Below are positions 63,208 to 64,000 of a DNA stretch of 64,000 nucleotides, in pieces. This DNA is from Camelus dromedarius. Its lineage: Eukaryota. A program made the translations under genes and the position numbers. The stretch is taken from the NCBI RefSeq assembly GCF_036321535.1, contig NC_087436.1, positions 113,028,001 to 113,092,000 on the forward strand, given 5' to 3'. The notes beneath the pieces are model-generated. The model did not search any database, had not been told where the DNA came from, and saw only the letters and a list, made by a program, of their open reading frames with translations. Within the stretch, counting starts at the first letter, position 1; each line of letters starts with the position of its first letter.

Positions 63208-64000
63208 AGTCATAAAATTTTTTGAAAAAGGATATGCAGTGAAAAGGAAATCTCTTCTTCTTTCCCACCTCCCAGACATCCAGGTTTCCTCTCTAGAGAC
63301 AATCACTGTTGCTAATTTCTTGTGTGTCCTTCTGGCACACTGTATGAACTTCTTGCACTTTGCTTTTTCACTTAGCTTAGAGATCTTTCCATATCAGTAT
63401 ACAGACAGAGCTGCCTCATTTTTTTTTTTTTTAGTAGCTGTAGAACATCCATCATAACTAGTCCCCTACTGATGGACATTTGGGATATTTTTATTCTTGC
63501 GCTATTATAAACCACAGTGCAATGAATATTTGTATATATCTCCATATATATACTCCTTGCACTATGGTTCATGACAGAAGCAGCAAATAACTTTTCCCAG
63601 TTTGTTTTTTCACTTTGTACATGTGTTTTTAAAAATATTTTTATCATGAAAACTTTTTTTTTTGAGGTTCAACTGTGTTTAGGCGTTCCCCACTTTGAGA
63701 TGATAAAAAGAATTCTCCTACTTTCAGTTCTTTGTTTCATTTTTTAAAAACATTTCAAACTTGAGGCCTTGGAATTTTTCTGATAAAAAGTGTGAGATAA
63801 GGATCCACCTTACATTTTCAACACCTTGTAATGAATAATCCATCCTTCACCCGCTGTCTGACTGGTTTACAATGAGTTTGGTTATTTTGGCTTGGAATGA
63901 ACTGAGTCATGGCTCTATACACATTACAACATTTTAAAACAACTTATTTGGGATTTAACTTAGCACATCATAAAACTGACCGATTTAATGTTCTAATCTA

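Noticed and set aside
1..64000. CRISPR array, operon-like cluster, rRNA/snRNA gene or other novel multi-gene system
   Set aside because: No regularly spaced repeat-spacer array, long intronless ORF cluster or recognisable structural RNA was seen. Two known genes and common mammalian repeats explain the window.

Overview
Mammalian genomic DNA, most likely from a camelid (camel, llama or alpaca), judged from five tRNA-Ala-derived Vic-1-type SINEs and young artiodactyl L1 3' ends. Two genes lie in tandem on the minus strand. The first is C1QTNF7 (CTRP7): both coding exons are present (59068-59305 and 54943-55574; 870 nt, 289 aa, with signal peptide, 34 Gly-X-Y triplets and a C1q domain). The second is the 5' part of the ciliary transition-zone gene CC2D2A: a GC-rich promoter and non-coding first exon near 30.0-30.5 kb, then five coding exons (24920-24958, 22777-22860, 20731-20854, 3870-3958, 3442-3543) encoding residues 1-146; the gene continues past the left edge. 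The rest is intronic or intergenic sequence rich in L1, L2, MIR, MaLR/ERVL LTRs, MER2/MER20 DNA transposons and microsatellites. I found no evidence of a new multi-gene biological system. The points worth a second look are smaller: a weak CC2D2A start codon with an overlapping 55-codon alternative ORF, a candidate poison exon, RFX-like promoter motifs, two twin-primed inverted L1 insertions, a tail-less L1, nested repeats, a CpG-rich intronic patch and a C-terminal DDEL in CTRP7. Gene and repeat names come from recalled sequence similarity, not a database search. Repeat boundaries are approximate.
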